A stretch of 64,000 nt of DNA from Vitrella brassicaformis CCMP3155 (lineage: Eukaryota; Protista; Chromerida): assembly GCA_001179505.1 (NCBI GenBank), contig CDMY01000376.1, forward strand, positions 310,001 through 374,000, given 5' to 3'. Within the stretch, counting starts at the first letter, position 1; each line of letters opens with the position of its first letter. The notes under the pieces were generated by a model. The model had not been told where the DNA came from and ran no database searches. It saw only the letters and a list, made by a program, of their open reading frames with translations. Shown here piece by piece: positions 1 through 12,895 of the stretch. The position numbers were made by a program, and so were the translations under genes.

Positions 1-537
1 AAGGGGAATGAAGGCCAGCGAAATGATAAGTCGGGCACGGTGGAGATAGAGCCCCACTAGTCGAGGCTGACTGGCGCCGTGGGCCTGTGAGCAAAGTGTG
101 TCTAATGCCCCCAGTAAGCCCAATATGATGGACAGACAACAGGCGGTGCCTACAGGACAGGAGAGCACCAAACAGCGCACACAGGAATGTCCGCCTGCCC
201 TGTGCAGGTCAGGTGAGGTACCGATAGTGTTTGCGAGGCCGAGGGCTCCCACCTGTGCGGCGTCCCCGTACCGCTCTACCACCAGCGCATTGATGAACAA
301 AGCAGACATAAACAGTAGATTTGACGCAATGCTCGGAAGAGCCAAATGCCTGCCTGACGGACAGACAGACAGAAACAGAAACAAACGCAGCCCTCGGTCA
401 TCGGGACTGATTTCGATACGGTTGCCTTTTGCTTACATGAGCTCTTTTAGCTCATCTAGCCATGGCAGCTGGAAGGCCTTAACAGTAGCAACGTCACACC
501 CGTCGCTCGGCTGCCCCTCAATGTTGATTGCTGCCAT
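1..537 (-). CDS. MATE (multidrug and toxic compound extrusion) family transporter, 5' part only; continues off the left edge
   Basis: Not in the ORF track; three exons spliced by hand at GT-AG. They read MAAINIEGQPSDGCDVATVKAFQLPWLDELKEL|MHLALPSIASNLLFMSALFINALVVERYGDAAQVGALGLANTI|GTACCLSIILGLLGALDTLCSQAHGASQPRLVGLYLHRARLIISLAFIPL. The ALDTLCSQAxGA..G.YL.RA motif is typical of eukaryotic MATE1/DTX proteins. ATG at 537. Confidence 0.88.
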
Positions 538-711
538 GACACAAGACAAAACGGATCAGAAATGGCAGAAGGAAGGAACCGACGAGGGAGGATGAATTTC
601 TTCAGAGGCGGGAGGCTGCTGGGAGGCTTGACGCTTCTCCTTTGCCTGTGCGCGCTAAGATCGTTTCTCTTCTTTCAGCTCGCACGAAGTGAAGTGAAGT
701 GAAGGACACAA

Positions 712-2880
712 ATGAATGGATCTGGCATCGATTTCGTCGTCGTTGGTGACATCTGCCAGACGCCATCCATCGATGACCTCGCCATCCTCACCAACACGGC
801 CCTTGCAGTCGGATCTGACGGCTCGATTGTGTGGCAGTGCCCAGCCGAGGATGTGAGCGATATCGTTGAGGCGCATGCTGCTCAAGGACGCCTTCAGCGG
901 CTGTCCAAGGGTCAGTTCCTGACGCCCGGATTCATTGATACGCACATTCACGCGTCACAGCACAGGTATGTCTATAGATCAGGCGGATCCATATCATTGG
1001 ATGCTCGGCCTGCAGTGCAGTTGCCTGCAGGGCAGTGCAGTATGCACTGCAGGAATGCTATGGGTGCCAGCTGACTCTTTGCTTCTGTGTGTGTTACAAT
1101 CAATGCGATATGATGTCATGCATTGGCTGCAGCTATGCGGGCACCGGCATGGACAAGCCGTTGATGGAGTGGCTGGACGCATACACATTCCCCGTGAGGG
1201 AGGGAGGGAGGGAGTCAAGCGGTCCATCTGTCGTGTCTATGGCCATGCACTCATCAGTAAGGTCCATTCATTGTTCCATCCTCTCGTCAGGTAGAGCGTC
1301 AGTTTGCCCATCTGCCGACAGCTGAGGTGCACTCTCTCTACCGCAGAGCTGTCAGACGGACACTCCGGAACGGCACCACGACAGCCGTGTACTTCGCCAC
1401 GGCTGACAGACAAGTACGCACACACGCGGGCTTGGTTGTGCACACACACACGCATGAAATGCACATTACACATTGTCTGTCTGTCTGACTGTGGGCGTGG
1501 CGTGTCATTCAGGCGAGTGAAGCCCTTGCTGACGTGTGTGCAGAGGAGGGGCAGCGGGCCTTCGTGGGCAAGATATCGATGGACAGGCACTGCCCTCCTG
1601 GTTACTGCGAGACCACTGAGAAGTCACTTGAAGAGACGGCGAGATTCATCGAGTCCTTCAGGCAACGCCCATCGATTGTGCAGCCTGTAGTGACACCACG
1701 GTTTATTCCCACATGCTCGGATGAGCTGCTGGCAGGTACGCATCGCATGCATTTACAGTGCACAGGGTCAGGCACAGCACAGACGCGCGGCGAATCCTTC
1801 CCTCTGTCCTTCCCTCGTGCTGTTTTAGGTCTCGGTGCGTTGGTTCGCGAGCACGGGTGCCACGTACAGTCGCACATGAGCGAGTCAATAGACGAGATGC
1901 AGTTCGTTGAGGCGATCCACCAGCTTAAGGATGACCACCACAAGCACAACCCGTATCCTCCATGCCCCACGGATGCTGAGATATTCGATCGACACGGCCT
2001 GCTGACCGACCGGTGCATCATGGCCCACGCCATATACCTCTCTGAGGGCGACGTGGAGAGGCTGCGGGCCAGGGGGACCGCCATTGCACACTGTCCTCTG
2101 TCCAACTTCTACTTCGCGGGTGGATTGCTGCCCGTTCGGTCGCTGTTGCGTAGTGGTGTCCGTGTCGGTCTTGGTACTGATGTTGCTGGCGGATATTCAC
2201 CCTCCATGATCAACGCCATGCAGCACGCAGGTGGGCACAGAGACACATTACACATACACACATGGGCAAGGCAGCCGCATGACGGTCTTCCGCCTCTGTC
2301 GTGTGTGCAGTGACTGCTAGCCGTGCCCTGTCCATCCAACAGCACCATGAGCGCCATCGGCTGGCGGGTGTGAAGCCGTGGGAGCCCTTCCCTGCAGGCT
2401 CGTCTGACACCACTAGCCCTGCTCTCGACTGGGTGAATGCTCTGTATCTCGCCACACGGGGCGGCGCAGAGGCCCTCAACATGGGCAAACAGGTGCGGTG
2501 CACACACAGCCACCCCACCTACATGAAAGGAAGAGCCGCACGTGAGCCATGTGTCCTCCGGTGCGTCGTGGTGTGGTGTGGTGTGGTGTGTTCAGTTGGG
2601 GCTGCTGGCTGAGGGCTATCGCTTCGATGCCGTGTTGTGGGATGTGACTATCGGCGACAACATCGACTTCACCGGCAGTGAGAGTCGTCGGGAGCAGCTG
2701 GAGAAGCTGATGCACCTCGGCGACGACCGCAATATCGCCTGTGTGTGGGTGGATGGGCAAGTCAGCTGCCGCAGACGGGACAGACCGGCGCAGGCAGACT
2801 GTAAGGCCAGGGCCAGGGACAGCAACAGCGTCAGCTGGAGGGCCGACAATCGGTCTGCTCACCGACAGATGGGGGCGTGA
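712..2880 (+). CDS. GDA: Guanine deaminase (amidohydrolase superfamily), multi-exon
   Basis: Metal-binding and catalytic motifs spread across exons: PGFIDTHIHASQ, YAGTGMDKPLMEWLDAYTFP, FVGKISMD, VVTPRFIPTCS, VQSHMSES, MAHAIYL, AIAHCPLSN, VGLGTDVAGG, YLATRGGAEAL and DDRNIACVWVDG. GT-AG junctions are compatible with this reading. Confidence 0.93.
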
Positions 2881-3192
2881 CGTTTCTGTTGCGAGACGGA
2901 AGGGTCATGGATGAGTGCTTCATGGATATACACACGCACAGAGAGGCGAGGCAGGTCTGCATGAGTGTCTGGATGGATCGATGGATGGATGGATCGGTCA
3001 GCTCTCTCTCGGTGGCGTCACGTCAAAGCCATTCCACCAAGAGACAGACAACACTGACTGACTGCATGAATGCAATGCGTTGATTGACACGTGAAAATGT
3101 GAAAATGGGTGTCACTGTTGAATTCCCTCAATTGGCGAAAGAAAAACCGTACACTGCCTGGGCCGCCTCCCTCCCTCCCTGCCTGTCTGCCA

Positions 3193-5814
3193 TTATATTC
3201 TGTGTTGGTAGCTGCCGGCCTTGGTGATGTACCGAATCCACTTGACAGGCTTGTAATTCGACTTCTCCTGCGGCACACAGCCAAGCCCAGCCACACATGT
3301 AAGATAAATCCACTCATAATCAATGTTTGGTGTACCTTCCCATGTGTATCTCATCTGCGTGCGTGCGTGTGTACGTACCTGTATTGAGAGGAATCGGACT
3401 CTGAGTCCGGATGCGGTGAACATGGGCACCTGGAAATCCATCGCGATCGGCGGACGGTACCACTGCTTGTCGGTCACCTGTATGTAGCACAGACAGCACA
3501 CCACACACATGCACAGTACCACATCCAACACACTCGATCGACACTCATAGACGGAAGGGGACGGGTGTGGCGTGTGAGTGACTTGATTGATTGACCTACC
3601 GACGAGGCGAGTTCCACGTCCGCCAGCAGTGTGTACTCAGTGTCCCCGGGGAACCGACGAATCCTGCAGGCAGACCATGGGACCAAGAAAGAACAATGCA
3701 CACACGACGAATGCATTGCAATGCCTGCACTGCAGTGCGGGTGTGTGTGATGCTGACTGACCTCCAGATAATGCCCCCTTGTGACGGCTCATACTTGGCC
3801 TTGCCAGCACCTGACACACGCATAGCATACACACATCGGCGTATGGCACACACAGCATAGAATAGCATGCCGCCATGCCCTCTCTGACACACCGTCCCGT
3901 CCAAACACGCGTCCGTCCACTCCATCCGTACCAACGTTAGAGAGGTGCGCCTTGGCGGTGGTCTTCGGGCATGGTATCTTGATGATGACGTTGGTGGCGA
4001 AGATGTTCTTGGCGAAGTTGGCCTTGACCTTGACGGAACACTCCACTCGCGTGCGGCCCCGCTCCTGCACCACCGGCAGGATCTTGAAAGGCAAATTGAT
4101 GTTCTCCGTAATCCGGTAACTGCAATTACCGCACACACACACGCAGAGAGGAAGCAAAGTCGGTAGAGAAATCACACAAATCGCGATATCTAGATTGTGA
4201 GTGGTTTGTGTAGTGTACGTCATGAGTTCGAATGTGCCGTCGGGTGGGATGAATGTGATGGTGCGCTCGAGGTCGAACTTGGGCAGCCGCACACACTGGT
4301 GGAAACGGCAGTCGTCGATGGCAATCGCCGTGCCCTTGTTCGCCCTGAAAACGTCACGCACACATACACCACGTGTCTCAAGCGCACGCGTCACACGCAC
4401 TAATGTGTGGATGGCAAATTACTTTCGTGGATCACGATTCATGACGAGTTTGTCGTTCATCCTACTCCACACACACAAGGCAACACAGCACGGCACCCAC
4501 ATCCCTCCCGTCCGACGACTGTGTTGTGCCGCTGCTCTCCTCTCCCTCTCCCCTCCCTCTCACCCGAATTTGCACTCCGGCATGCCCGACAGGAGGCACT
4601 TGACCATGATCTGACCCGACACGTCCGCACGCAACACCACACCTGCAGCACACACACACAGATGCAGTTAGTGCAGTGGTACAGGGCAGGGGCGGTCACT
4701 CACTCACACAGGGAGGGACTCCGTGGCTGGCTGGTTGCTTGTCTTGTTTGCTTAGCTTACCCTTGTGTGAGATGAGGACATTGACGCTCTCGATGACATC
4801 GATGTAGACCTCGTTCTTGCGATACCTAATAGACATCATACACACACACGTGGAGGTGGGGGGGCTGCGGCGCTGGTGGGTGGCTCGGCTCGTCTGTGTG
4901 TGCCGACAGACACTGACTGACTTGATTCCGTCGGCCCTCCATGAGCAGTTGCCCGTCGCCTGGACAGTCAGCTTCTTCAGCTGCTCTTCATCCTATCAAC
5001 ACCACACACACATGTCTGTGTGTCTGTCTGTCTGTCTTCTGTCTGTCTGTCTGTCTGTCTGTCTGCGTCTGCCTTTGTGACACACACACACACACACACA
5101 CTCTTACATTGAGGTCGACAGTCTTCATGCCGCCCTGTGTGATGTACTTTTTCAGTATGTCCACCTCCAGTATCTGAGGGAATCCGTAATCAACTATCTC
5201 TGGGCAGCAAATCAAATCACACACAACACAAACGCACCCACCGACCCCACACACGTACACACAGAGAGATGCGATACATACAAAGCTGGTCTGTCTTCCT
5301 CTCTCCTCTCACCCCCCGGTCCTCAGTGCACTCACTGCCCACCGTCGAGCAGCTCATAGATCAGCACGAAGTTCTTGCGGACGGCGTTCTCGTCGACCTG
5401 TCCGCCAAAGTATGCGCTGAAGACCTCCACGAGTCGGTAGAGGAACTTGAGCACCAGCATCACATTGGCGTTGCTCTTGGTCGTCGCTACCACCGTTATG
5501 TCACCTGGACCAACCAACACACACAACCACACACCAGACACACGACACACAGCCCATCCATTCCATCCATCTCTCTCTCTCTGTGTGTGTGGCTGTGTGT
5601 CTGGTGTGCGGCCCGAGTGACTGACTGACTCACCGATGGTAGTGTGTATGAAGTGGCACTGGCCAATAGAGAGTATGGGTTTCTCGCGTGCCTCCTTGGC
5701 AGCCACCACTCTGCTGCAGAAGAGGGTGGCCTCGGTGCGGGTGACGTCGCCCTTGTAGGAGCGGTGGATGAGAATCTCGCCCTTCTGGTTGATCAGTAAA
5801 ATGGAAGATATCAT
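3193..5814 (-). CDS. AP2M1: AP-2 adaptor complex medium (mu) subunit, multi-exon
   Basis: N-terminus MISSILLINQKGEILIHRSYKGDV, then FVLIYELLD, EIVDYGFPQ, NEVYIDVIES, DDCRFHQCVRL, TFIPPDGTFELM, MDFQVPMFTASGLRVRFL and C-terminus YKPVKWIRYITKAGSYQHRI*. These are classic mu-adaptin motifs, and the N-terminus is mu2-like. Confidence 0.9.
5020..5101. repeat. Intronic (TCTG)n + (CA)n microsatellite, representative of nearly all introns in the window
   Basis: Directly visible tctgtctg... and cacacaca... arrays. Similar arrays occur at e.g. 6660-6730, 7620-7670, 23740-23765 and 63500-63765. Confidence 0.95.
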
Positions 5815-6176
5815 CCTGCTGCTGAGCACTGATGCTCGGGGCTGCTGGGCTGAGAGATAACGACGTCGTTTAGAAGCAAAGTCGGAAGGTCGGCGAGCTA
5901 AGCCAAACCCTGAAACCCGAACCCAACTTGCCCGAACCCTTCCTTCGGCACCCTTTCACCAACCAGATGAATGCATTCTATTCACGTAGTAGTATTTATT
6001 GTGTACATGACATAGATGAGTCAGTCACCCGCTCAACACAAACAAACGCACTCACCGGGCCCACTCAGTGACCCATGCCACGCAATGACAATGATGCATT
6101 GGATGAGATGAATGCATCACCATCCGTCATGGATCATTGATCATTGTTCGCCCATATGGCCATAGCATAAAACACA

Positions 6177-6476
6177 NNNNNNNNNNNNNNNNNNNNNNNN
6201 NNNNNNNNNNNNNNNNNNNNNNNNNNNNNNNNNNNNNNNNNNNNNNNNNNNNNNNNNNNNNNNNNNNNNNNNNNNNNNNNNNNNNNNNNNNNNNNNNNNN
6301 NNNNNNNNNNNNNNNNNNNNNNNNNNNNNNNNNNNNNNNNNNNNNNNNNNNNNNNNNNNNNNNNNNNNNNNNNNNNNNNNNNNNNNNNNNNNNNNNNNNN
6401 NNNNNNNNNNNNNNNNNNNNNNNNNNNNNNNNNNNNNNNNNNNNNNNNNNNNNNNNNNNNNNNNNNNNNNNNNNNN
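6177..6476. other. Assembly gap (300 N)
   Basis: Run of exactly 300 N. Confidence 0.99.
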
Positions 6477-6565
6477 CCCCCTCCCCTCCCCTGCCGTCCT
6501 TGCCTGCCCTGCCGTGTGCTACTGACGGCTGCCTGGCGGGCGGGCAGCTCATATGGGTTCTCAGG

Positions 6566-7959
6566 TCACATGTCGTCCCAGAGACCCTCACGAATTTCCT
6601 CAAAGGCCTCGTAAGGCTCTAGCGCGGGGAGAGGAGGGGCGACCGGGGGGCCGGCGGACTGACACACACACAGACAGACACACACAGACAGACAGACAGA
6701 CAGACAGACATACAGGCAGGCAGGCACAGACAGACGAGGGGTGCAGGCGACAGGTGCAGAAGAGGCCGAGTGAAGGTAGGTCGCTTACGTAGAATGTCGA
6801 CACGCCAAACGCAGTGGCCTCGCTCTTGAGCCTCTCCCGCTGGCCCGCTAAATCGCCAGTCAGACCGCTCAGATGCGACTGGCCAACACACCACAACACA
6901 CACCAGACCACACTACATGACGTCACACGGCCCATCGTGAAGTAAGCACGCACCTCTGGTTCCCATCCGTTGTCCTCCTCGTTGTGTCCTGCCCAGCTGA
7001 CGAGGAATACGAACTGCTCGCCTGCGTCAGGGTTGCCGGCGAAGTATGGGTCGTCGTCGGACTGCCGCCGGCGGCACTGCAGCAACGCCTCTACTATGTA
7101 ATACTGCACCTCGGGACCATTGATCTAACACACACAGAGACAGAGAGGGAGGGAGGGAGGGAGGGGGGAAGGGGCACACAGACACGGGTATGCGATGGGC
7201 AGGGAGCCGTCAGTGTGTCTTGGCATGTGTGTGAGGGGGTGGGGTGGAGTAGGTTTGGGCGTGTGTACGTATAGGATGGACTCTCCATCTGGAGACTCGT
7301 CGGCCTCCCTCTTGAGAATGTTCAACTGCTCATCCATCCATCCATCCATCCACAGCACACACCAATCGTGGTCATGAGAGTCTTGTGTACGTGTGTGATT
7401 GGTCCTCTCTGTCAGCAGATGCATCCACACACACAGACCTGCTCGCGAAGGTCGCCAAACAGAGTCTCTAAGTGCTCCTGATGGATGGATGGATGAATGG
7501 AGGCATTTGTGTCACTCATTGTGTTGCTCACCTCCGGCTCCCACGTGGCTTCTGCGATGTCATAGCCCGACCACTTGACATAGAAGCTGTACACATCACT
7601 CGCCAAACCCTGTACTCAACACACACACACACACACGAGCCACACACACACACACACACACACAGACAGACATGCACAGAAGACATAAAGCGACTCATGG
7701 AAAGAGCTCAGCCAGCCGCTCGTTCTTGGCCGCTGCTCACCGCGAAGCCAGAGGCCGAGTATTTGACGCATTTCATGAGGTGCTCGACAACATAGAGGTT
7801 GGACGGGTGGGCGGCCTCCTCAGACACATCTTCCACGTTGACCTCGTAGCTGGGCTGGTCACCGTCGGCATCAGGATGCTCTGAATCGGGCTGAACGGCG
7901 ACAGGAACGGGGGGAATGAAGGAGAATGTTGGCAGACCGCCATGATTCGGGCTTACCAT
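6566..7959 (-). CDS. Tandem (double) chromodomain protein
   Basis: Spliced reading: M|PDSEHPDADGDQPSYEVNVEDVSEEAAHPSNLYVVEHLMKC...FYVKWSGYDIAEATWEPE|EHLETLFGDLREQ|LNILKREADESPDGESILY|INGPEVQYYIVEALLQC...FLVSWAGHNEEDNGWEPE|SHLSGLTGDLAGQRERLKSEATAFGVSTFY|SAGPPVAPPLPALEPYEAFEEIREGLWDDM*. It contains two Y.VE...(K/S)W.G....(T/G)WEPE chromodomain signatures. Confidence 0.82.
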
Positions 7960-8085
7960 CCTTCGCCGAGTGCGCTGGCATCAAATGGCGTTGAGGGTTT
8001 CGGAATCCTGCCCCCTCCTACCTCTTTCTCCCTCCAGCGATCACTGCGAGCTCCAAATAGGCGAGCTCGTCTTGTTAGTGGGAAG

Positions 8086-11000
8086 ATGGTGGACAACGCT
8101 GTGACGATTGAGGCCCTGGACCCCCTCATCCACCTGACAGCGCCTCCATCTCTCGCATCGATTCATTGTCGAACGCCATCGCCGCACGTCACACTCATCC
8201 CACTGGCAGATCGGAGCGGCCTGTACGTCCACAGGGCCGTCTGGGTCAAGGCTGTGCGCGGGAGAGTGGATGTGGGCGGCTACCGACTGGATGCGCGGGA
8301 GGAGGGGCGGTACGTGCGGCTGGGTGTGCCGAGCTGGGGAGCGGCGTATGTGGTCAGGGCTCTCAGGGATGGCGATGGTGGAGATGATGGAGCGGAGGGC
8401 AAGAGCCCGGGGGAAGGCGTGCTTGAGAAGGTGCGATGGAGGGATGGACAGATATACGCGCTCTCTCATCTGCGGGTCTGTTTGCCTGTATGTGTCTGTC
8501 TGTGCAGCTGCGGAGCAGCGGTGTGAGGCCTAAGGTGGACTCCGTGCTGCAAATACTCGACCCAAAAGTGACACAACACACACACACATGCACACGCACA
8601 CAAAGAAAGCACATCGCCACATCAACGTCGTGTCCATTTCTCTCCCATGTGTGCGTGTGTGTGTGCAGGTCTTCCCCGTGATAGTGTCCGTGAAGGTGTG
8701 CCCCTGGACGTCCGGCAGCAGCGGGTGGGAGCCGTACAGCCTGCACGATGCACTCACCCCCCTGGCCAAGCCCATGACGGCGTCCGACCCCCTCATGCTC
8801 TCCGAATTCGCATCTGGATGGGAGACCGAGAGAGAAGATGGCACAGGCAAGGACGACCCCACACACAAGTGGACGCCGCCAGTGCTGCACATGTCTGACC
8901 AATGGTATGGATGGTACATCCATCCATGGTGATGGGGGTGGGGTGAGCGGATGTCGATACGGATGTCTGTTTGCTTTGTGTGGTGTGTGTCAGGAATGCA
9001 GCTGTGGAGCAGTGTCGGTCTGAGTGCGGCGAGCGGCTGGCGTGCCACCCCCCTGCTGTGGTGGTCGCCGGGCCGAAGGGTGCGGGCAAGTCGACCCTGT
9101 GCAGAGTCCTCACCAACACGTTCCTCAACGCACACCCAAACCACGTGGTTGGTGAGACTCACTGCAGCAAGTATTTGGCTGGCACTTAAAGTGAATCAGT
9201 GGATGGATGGATACATGTGTGTGTGTGCCTGTTGTGGTATGTGAGTAGGTGTATTACTTGGAGAGCGATGTGGGTCAGCCAGACTGGGGCCCAGCCGGAC
9301 TTGTTGCGCTCTACAAGGTGAGGGAATGGCGAATGAAGGGCAGCCACCAGCACAGCGCACCTTTCGGTATTTCTTCTGCCTCATACCATCAGGTTGAGAG
9401 GCCTGCGTTGAGTTCAGGCCACAACAACATCCACACAGCGCCACACATACACGCTGTCTTCTTCGGAGGTCAATAAATCTACACACACACACATACGTCA
9501 TCACATGCGCACGCTTTCTATTTCTTCTCCTGGTTGCAGCCATCAGCCCATCCCGCAACCCGATGCACTTCCGCCGTGCCGTGCAGCGGTGCCACGCCGC
9601 GTACCAGGCCCTCGTTCAGCAGAGCCAGCTGCCCCCGTCCACCCCACACACACCACAGACACCAGCCGCTTCCCCATCAGACAACAACACAGACACCATG
9701 GGCATGGGCGGGGATGCCGCAAGCACCACCACCGAGAACGTCATGCGGCGGGCGATCGACCACCTCCCCGGCCCCCTGGTTGTCAACACGCCCGGGTGGG
9801 TGACCGGTCTTGGTCTGGAGCTGCTCAAGGCCACCATCAGCTGTGTGGAGCCCGATCTGGTGGTCAAGCTTGGCATGACGAGCAACCTCGACGAGGCTGC
9901 TGATCAGGGTGTGGGTGGCGTGATCGACTTGACCAAGAAGGACACGCACGTGATCGACGCGCCCGCAACCACAGCAGCCACAGCAGCAGCAACCATGCCC
10001 ACACCTGCAGCAGTGGAGCTCCGATGGCTTCGCTTCGCCGCCTACTTCCAGCCTCGGTTTGGGCTGGCCCTCTCGGTGCCTCTCAAGGCGAGCGGGCTGG
10101 ATATCGACGAGATGTTCCAGTCGCCGGTGGTGGTCAAGATGGGTGGAGGGGAGGTGTGTGGGGTGGGTGGAGTCGATGATGGAGCGCAGGAGGGGCCGAG
10201 GGTGGTCAGCTACCCTCTTGAAGACCTCCAGCTTACCGCGGTGAGTGAGTCCGGAATGATCCATGCATCCATCTTTGTGAGAAGAAAACATGTACGTGTA
10301 TCTGCATATCAGATGTGGCACCTAGAGACGTCCCTGCCCCCCCAGCCGCCCTCTCTCTCCCCCACCCTCCCCTTCGACCTCCCCGGCGCAGTTGTGGGTC
10401 TCTGCTGCCGCGAGGATCCGTCAGATGAGCTCATCTGTGTGGCGGTGGGGTATGTTTTGGGCATGGTGACATCGGGGGATGAGCCGTCGGTGCGTGTGCT
10501 CACGAGCGCATCTGTGCCGCTGAGCGAGCTGAAGAGGGTGAACGTGATCGTCTTCAGGTGAGTGAGGATGGATGGGTGAGGGGTGTAATGAGGTTCGTTT
10601 CTCATGTGTGTGTGCTGTGGTCAGTGAGCTGCAGTGGAGCCCCACCCCTCCCTCCACCCTGCTGCCCAAGACGGCGCCTCATGTGTCTCCACATGGCGTC
10701 CTCCGATCCCTCTTTCCATTACTCACGGCTGACGACATCGCCGTACTCACTCACGACGCGAATGCCCCGGCACGCAAGAAGGTGTGGACGCGAATGTGTG
10801 CCCCACACAGCTGATGTGATAGCGGCTGCTTGCGAGAGTGTCTGGTGTGTGCTGTATGTATGTGCGCAGCTGAGGCTGGCGAGCTCGGGTGCCGGCAAGG
10901 GTGTTGCTGCTCCGTCGAGTCTCTGCCCACTGGTCGGTCAGCAGACATGCACTCGTCCACGTCGTCTCCTGGCAGACATCTGCGGATGCTTGTGTGGCAC

Positions 11001-11118
11001 GTGTCAGTTGCCGTACCGTTCAGGTGGATTGGCGTTGGAGGGGACGGCGAGCGGCGGCCGTATCCGCAGCGGTCGGTCCAACCTGCAGAGGAGGAGCCAC
11101 GGATCGCAGCCTGCATAA
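8086..11118 (+). CDS. NOL9: Polynucleotide 5'-hydroxyl kinase NOL9/Grc3 (Clp1 family), multi-exon
   Basis: P-loop VVVAGPKGAGKSTLCRVLTN, YLESDVGQPDWGP, PLVVNTPGWVTGLGLELL, LRWLRFAAYF, GAVVGLC and C-terminal RSGRSNLQRR, all characteristic of Nol9/Grc3. Confidence 0.88.
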
Positions 11119-11493
11119 TTGGCCAGTCAACTAGGATCGCAGCCTGAAAGGGGGATGTTATTTGCCTAGTCAGGGGACAGTTTTGTCGTGTGTGTTAGTG
11201 CGGTGGGTCGGGTTTGGATGAGTATGTATGTGTCTTGAACTCAAAATTGCGATTCTGTCGTCTCAGTCAATGCATTGCACGTCCAGTATACATCAGCAAT
11301 CGATTCAAAGACACTCGCTGTCTGTCTGAGTCTCTTACAAAATCGACACGAAGGAAAAGAAAAGTGAGCAAAGGCACGGTCGAGAGAGCCGCCAGCCGCA
11401 AGATGGATCGGACGGACGTCAGTTCGGTCAGTGTGAGGTATGGCGTGGCCATTGTGCATTCACCAGTCGCCCATCCGGTAATTGTCCCGGTCG

Positions 11494-12895
11494 TCACTGC
11501 CTGCCTCCGCGGACACACACACACACGGACACACACACACACACAGAGGTGGTCGTTTCAATGAGCACGGCCCACTGGCAGTTGTTTCGTGTGTCCATAC
11601 CTTCCGCCTCCCCTCCCTCCATGTCTGTTGCCGGCGCCGCCCCGCCCTGGTTCAGGTTATTGTTGTTGTCGCCGATGCCCTCGCCAGGGTTGTTGGGGAG
11701 GCGGACGACCAGGTGTGCGACGGTGTTGTGGGTCGTCATGCGGTACTCGCCCAGGGTGTGGCCGTCCTGCAGCTCTTGGCCGTGACACACGATGCGCTGG
11801 CGGCTCATCTCGATGCCCTCACTCTCCTGCACGGCCAGCCTCAACTCGTCAACAAGGCCCACACCTAGGCCAAGCCGATGAGACACGGATCACATCGATG
11901 CGTCTTGTCAAACTTGTATGTGTGTGTTTGTGTGTGTGTGGCTCTTGTGTGTATGCGCACCGTCGGCAGTGACGGAGTAGGCGGTCTGCTCTCCGCTGAT
12001 GCGGCGCAAGTAGATGGTGATGAAACGCTTGTTGGCACGCTTGATGTGGTGGGGTGTGCCGTCGCCGATGATGTGGCGGGGGGGTGATGCGCTTGAGGAA
12101 GTCACGGTGCCACACCATGCCGTAGCCACGGTTCCAGCCATGGTCCCTGGAGACACACAGACAGAGGGGGTATAAGTGTCTTCATCCATTCACACACACA
12201 CGGGAGGAGTGTTTCTCTTTCTTATTCACCAGTAATAGTCGTACGCGAATTGCTGCTTGAATGCGTCGAGTGCCTCATGACGGCGCGCCTGCCTCTCCCA
12301 CTCGCTCAACTCCTCATGCAAAGGGTCGCTGCACGCACACACCAGACAAAACACCACACACATGGATGGATGGACGGATGGATGGCCAAATGCACGTGTC
12401 GTTGCTCACTGGTTGATGATGTTGACGTCGAGCATCTGGCACATGGACAGGTACATGCGAGGAAACAGCAGTGCCTCGCGCCACACGATGTCGAGGTGAG
12501 CAGGCAGCATCAGGCGGCCTCGACGGTCATTCACCCGAACCTTCTGCACAGTGCACACAACACCACAACACACACAGACCAACACAAACGGATGCATTGA
12601 ATCTGCCGCTGATTCCCTCCTCTTTCTGTACGAGCAGCATGAAGAGTAGCCAGTCGCGAACGGCCTCTCGAACGTCACACACTCGATAGCCCTGCACCTT
12701 CAGCCGATAGATCACATCTGCACCACATATCCATACATTCAGCACAAAGAAGGACGGCATTTCACAACCAGTTGCCCCTTTTTCAGTCGTGTTCGGCTCA
12801 CCCGCCCACTGCAGTGTGCACATTTGCTCGTAGTACGATGCGAGGTGGGAGGGGAGGTCGTGGTCGAGCGGCGCCGGACGCTCAATGACGTCCAT
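11494..12895 (-). CDS. Uncharacterised protein with C-terminal ubiquitin-like domain; apparent frameshift at G7 run 12078-12084; possible upstream exon to ~13047
   Basis: Exons read MDVIERPAPLDHDLPSHLASYY...VIYRLKVQGYRVCDVREAVRDW...|KVRVNDRRGRLMLPAHLDIVWREALLFPRMY...|DPLHEELSEWERQARRHEALDAFKQQFAYDYYW|DHGWNRGYGMVWHRDFLKRIT. After a frame change they continue PRHIIGDGTPHHIKRANKRFITIYLRRISGEQTAYSVTADG|VGLVDELRLAVQESEGIEMSRQRIVCHGQELQDGHTLGEYRMTTHNTVAHLVVRLP, which fits a ubiquitin fold (QRIV..G.EL.D..TL..Y). Confidence 0.7.

Noticed and set aside
98-595. 165-aa plus-strand ORF
   Set aside because: It is an antisense shadow of the spliced MATE gene on the minus strand, has a GTG start and shows no motif.
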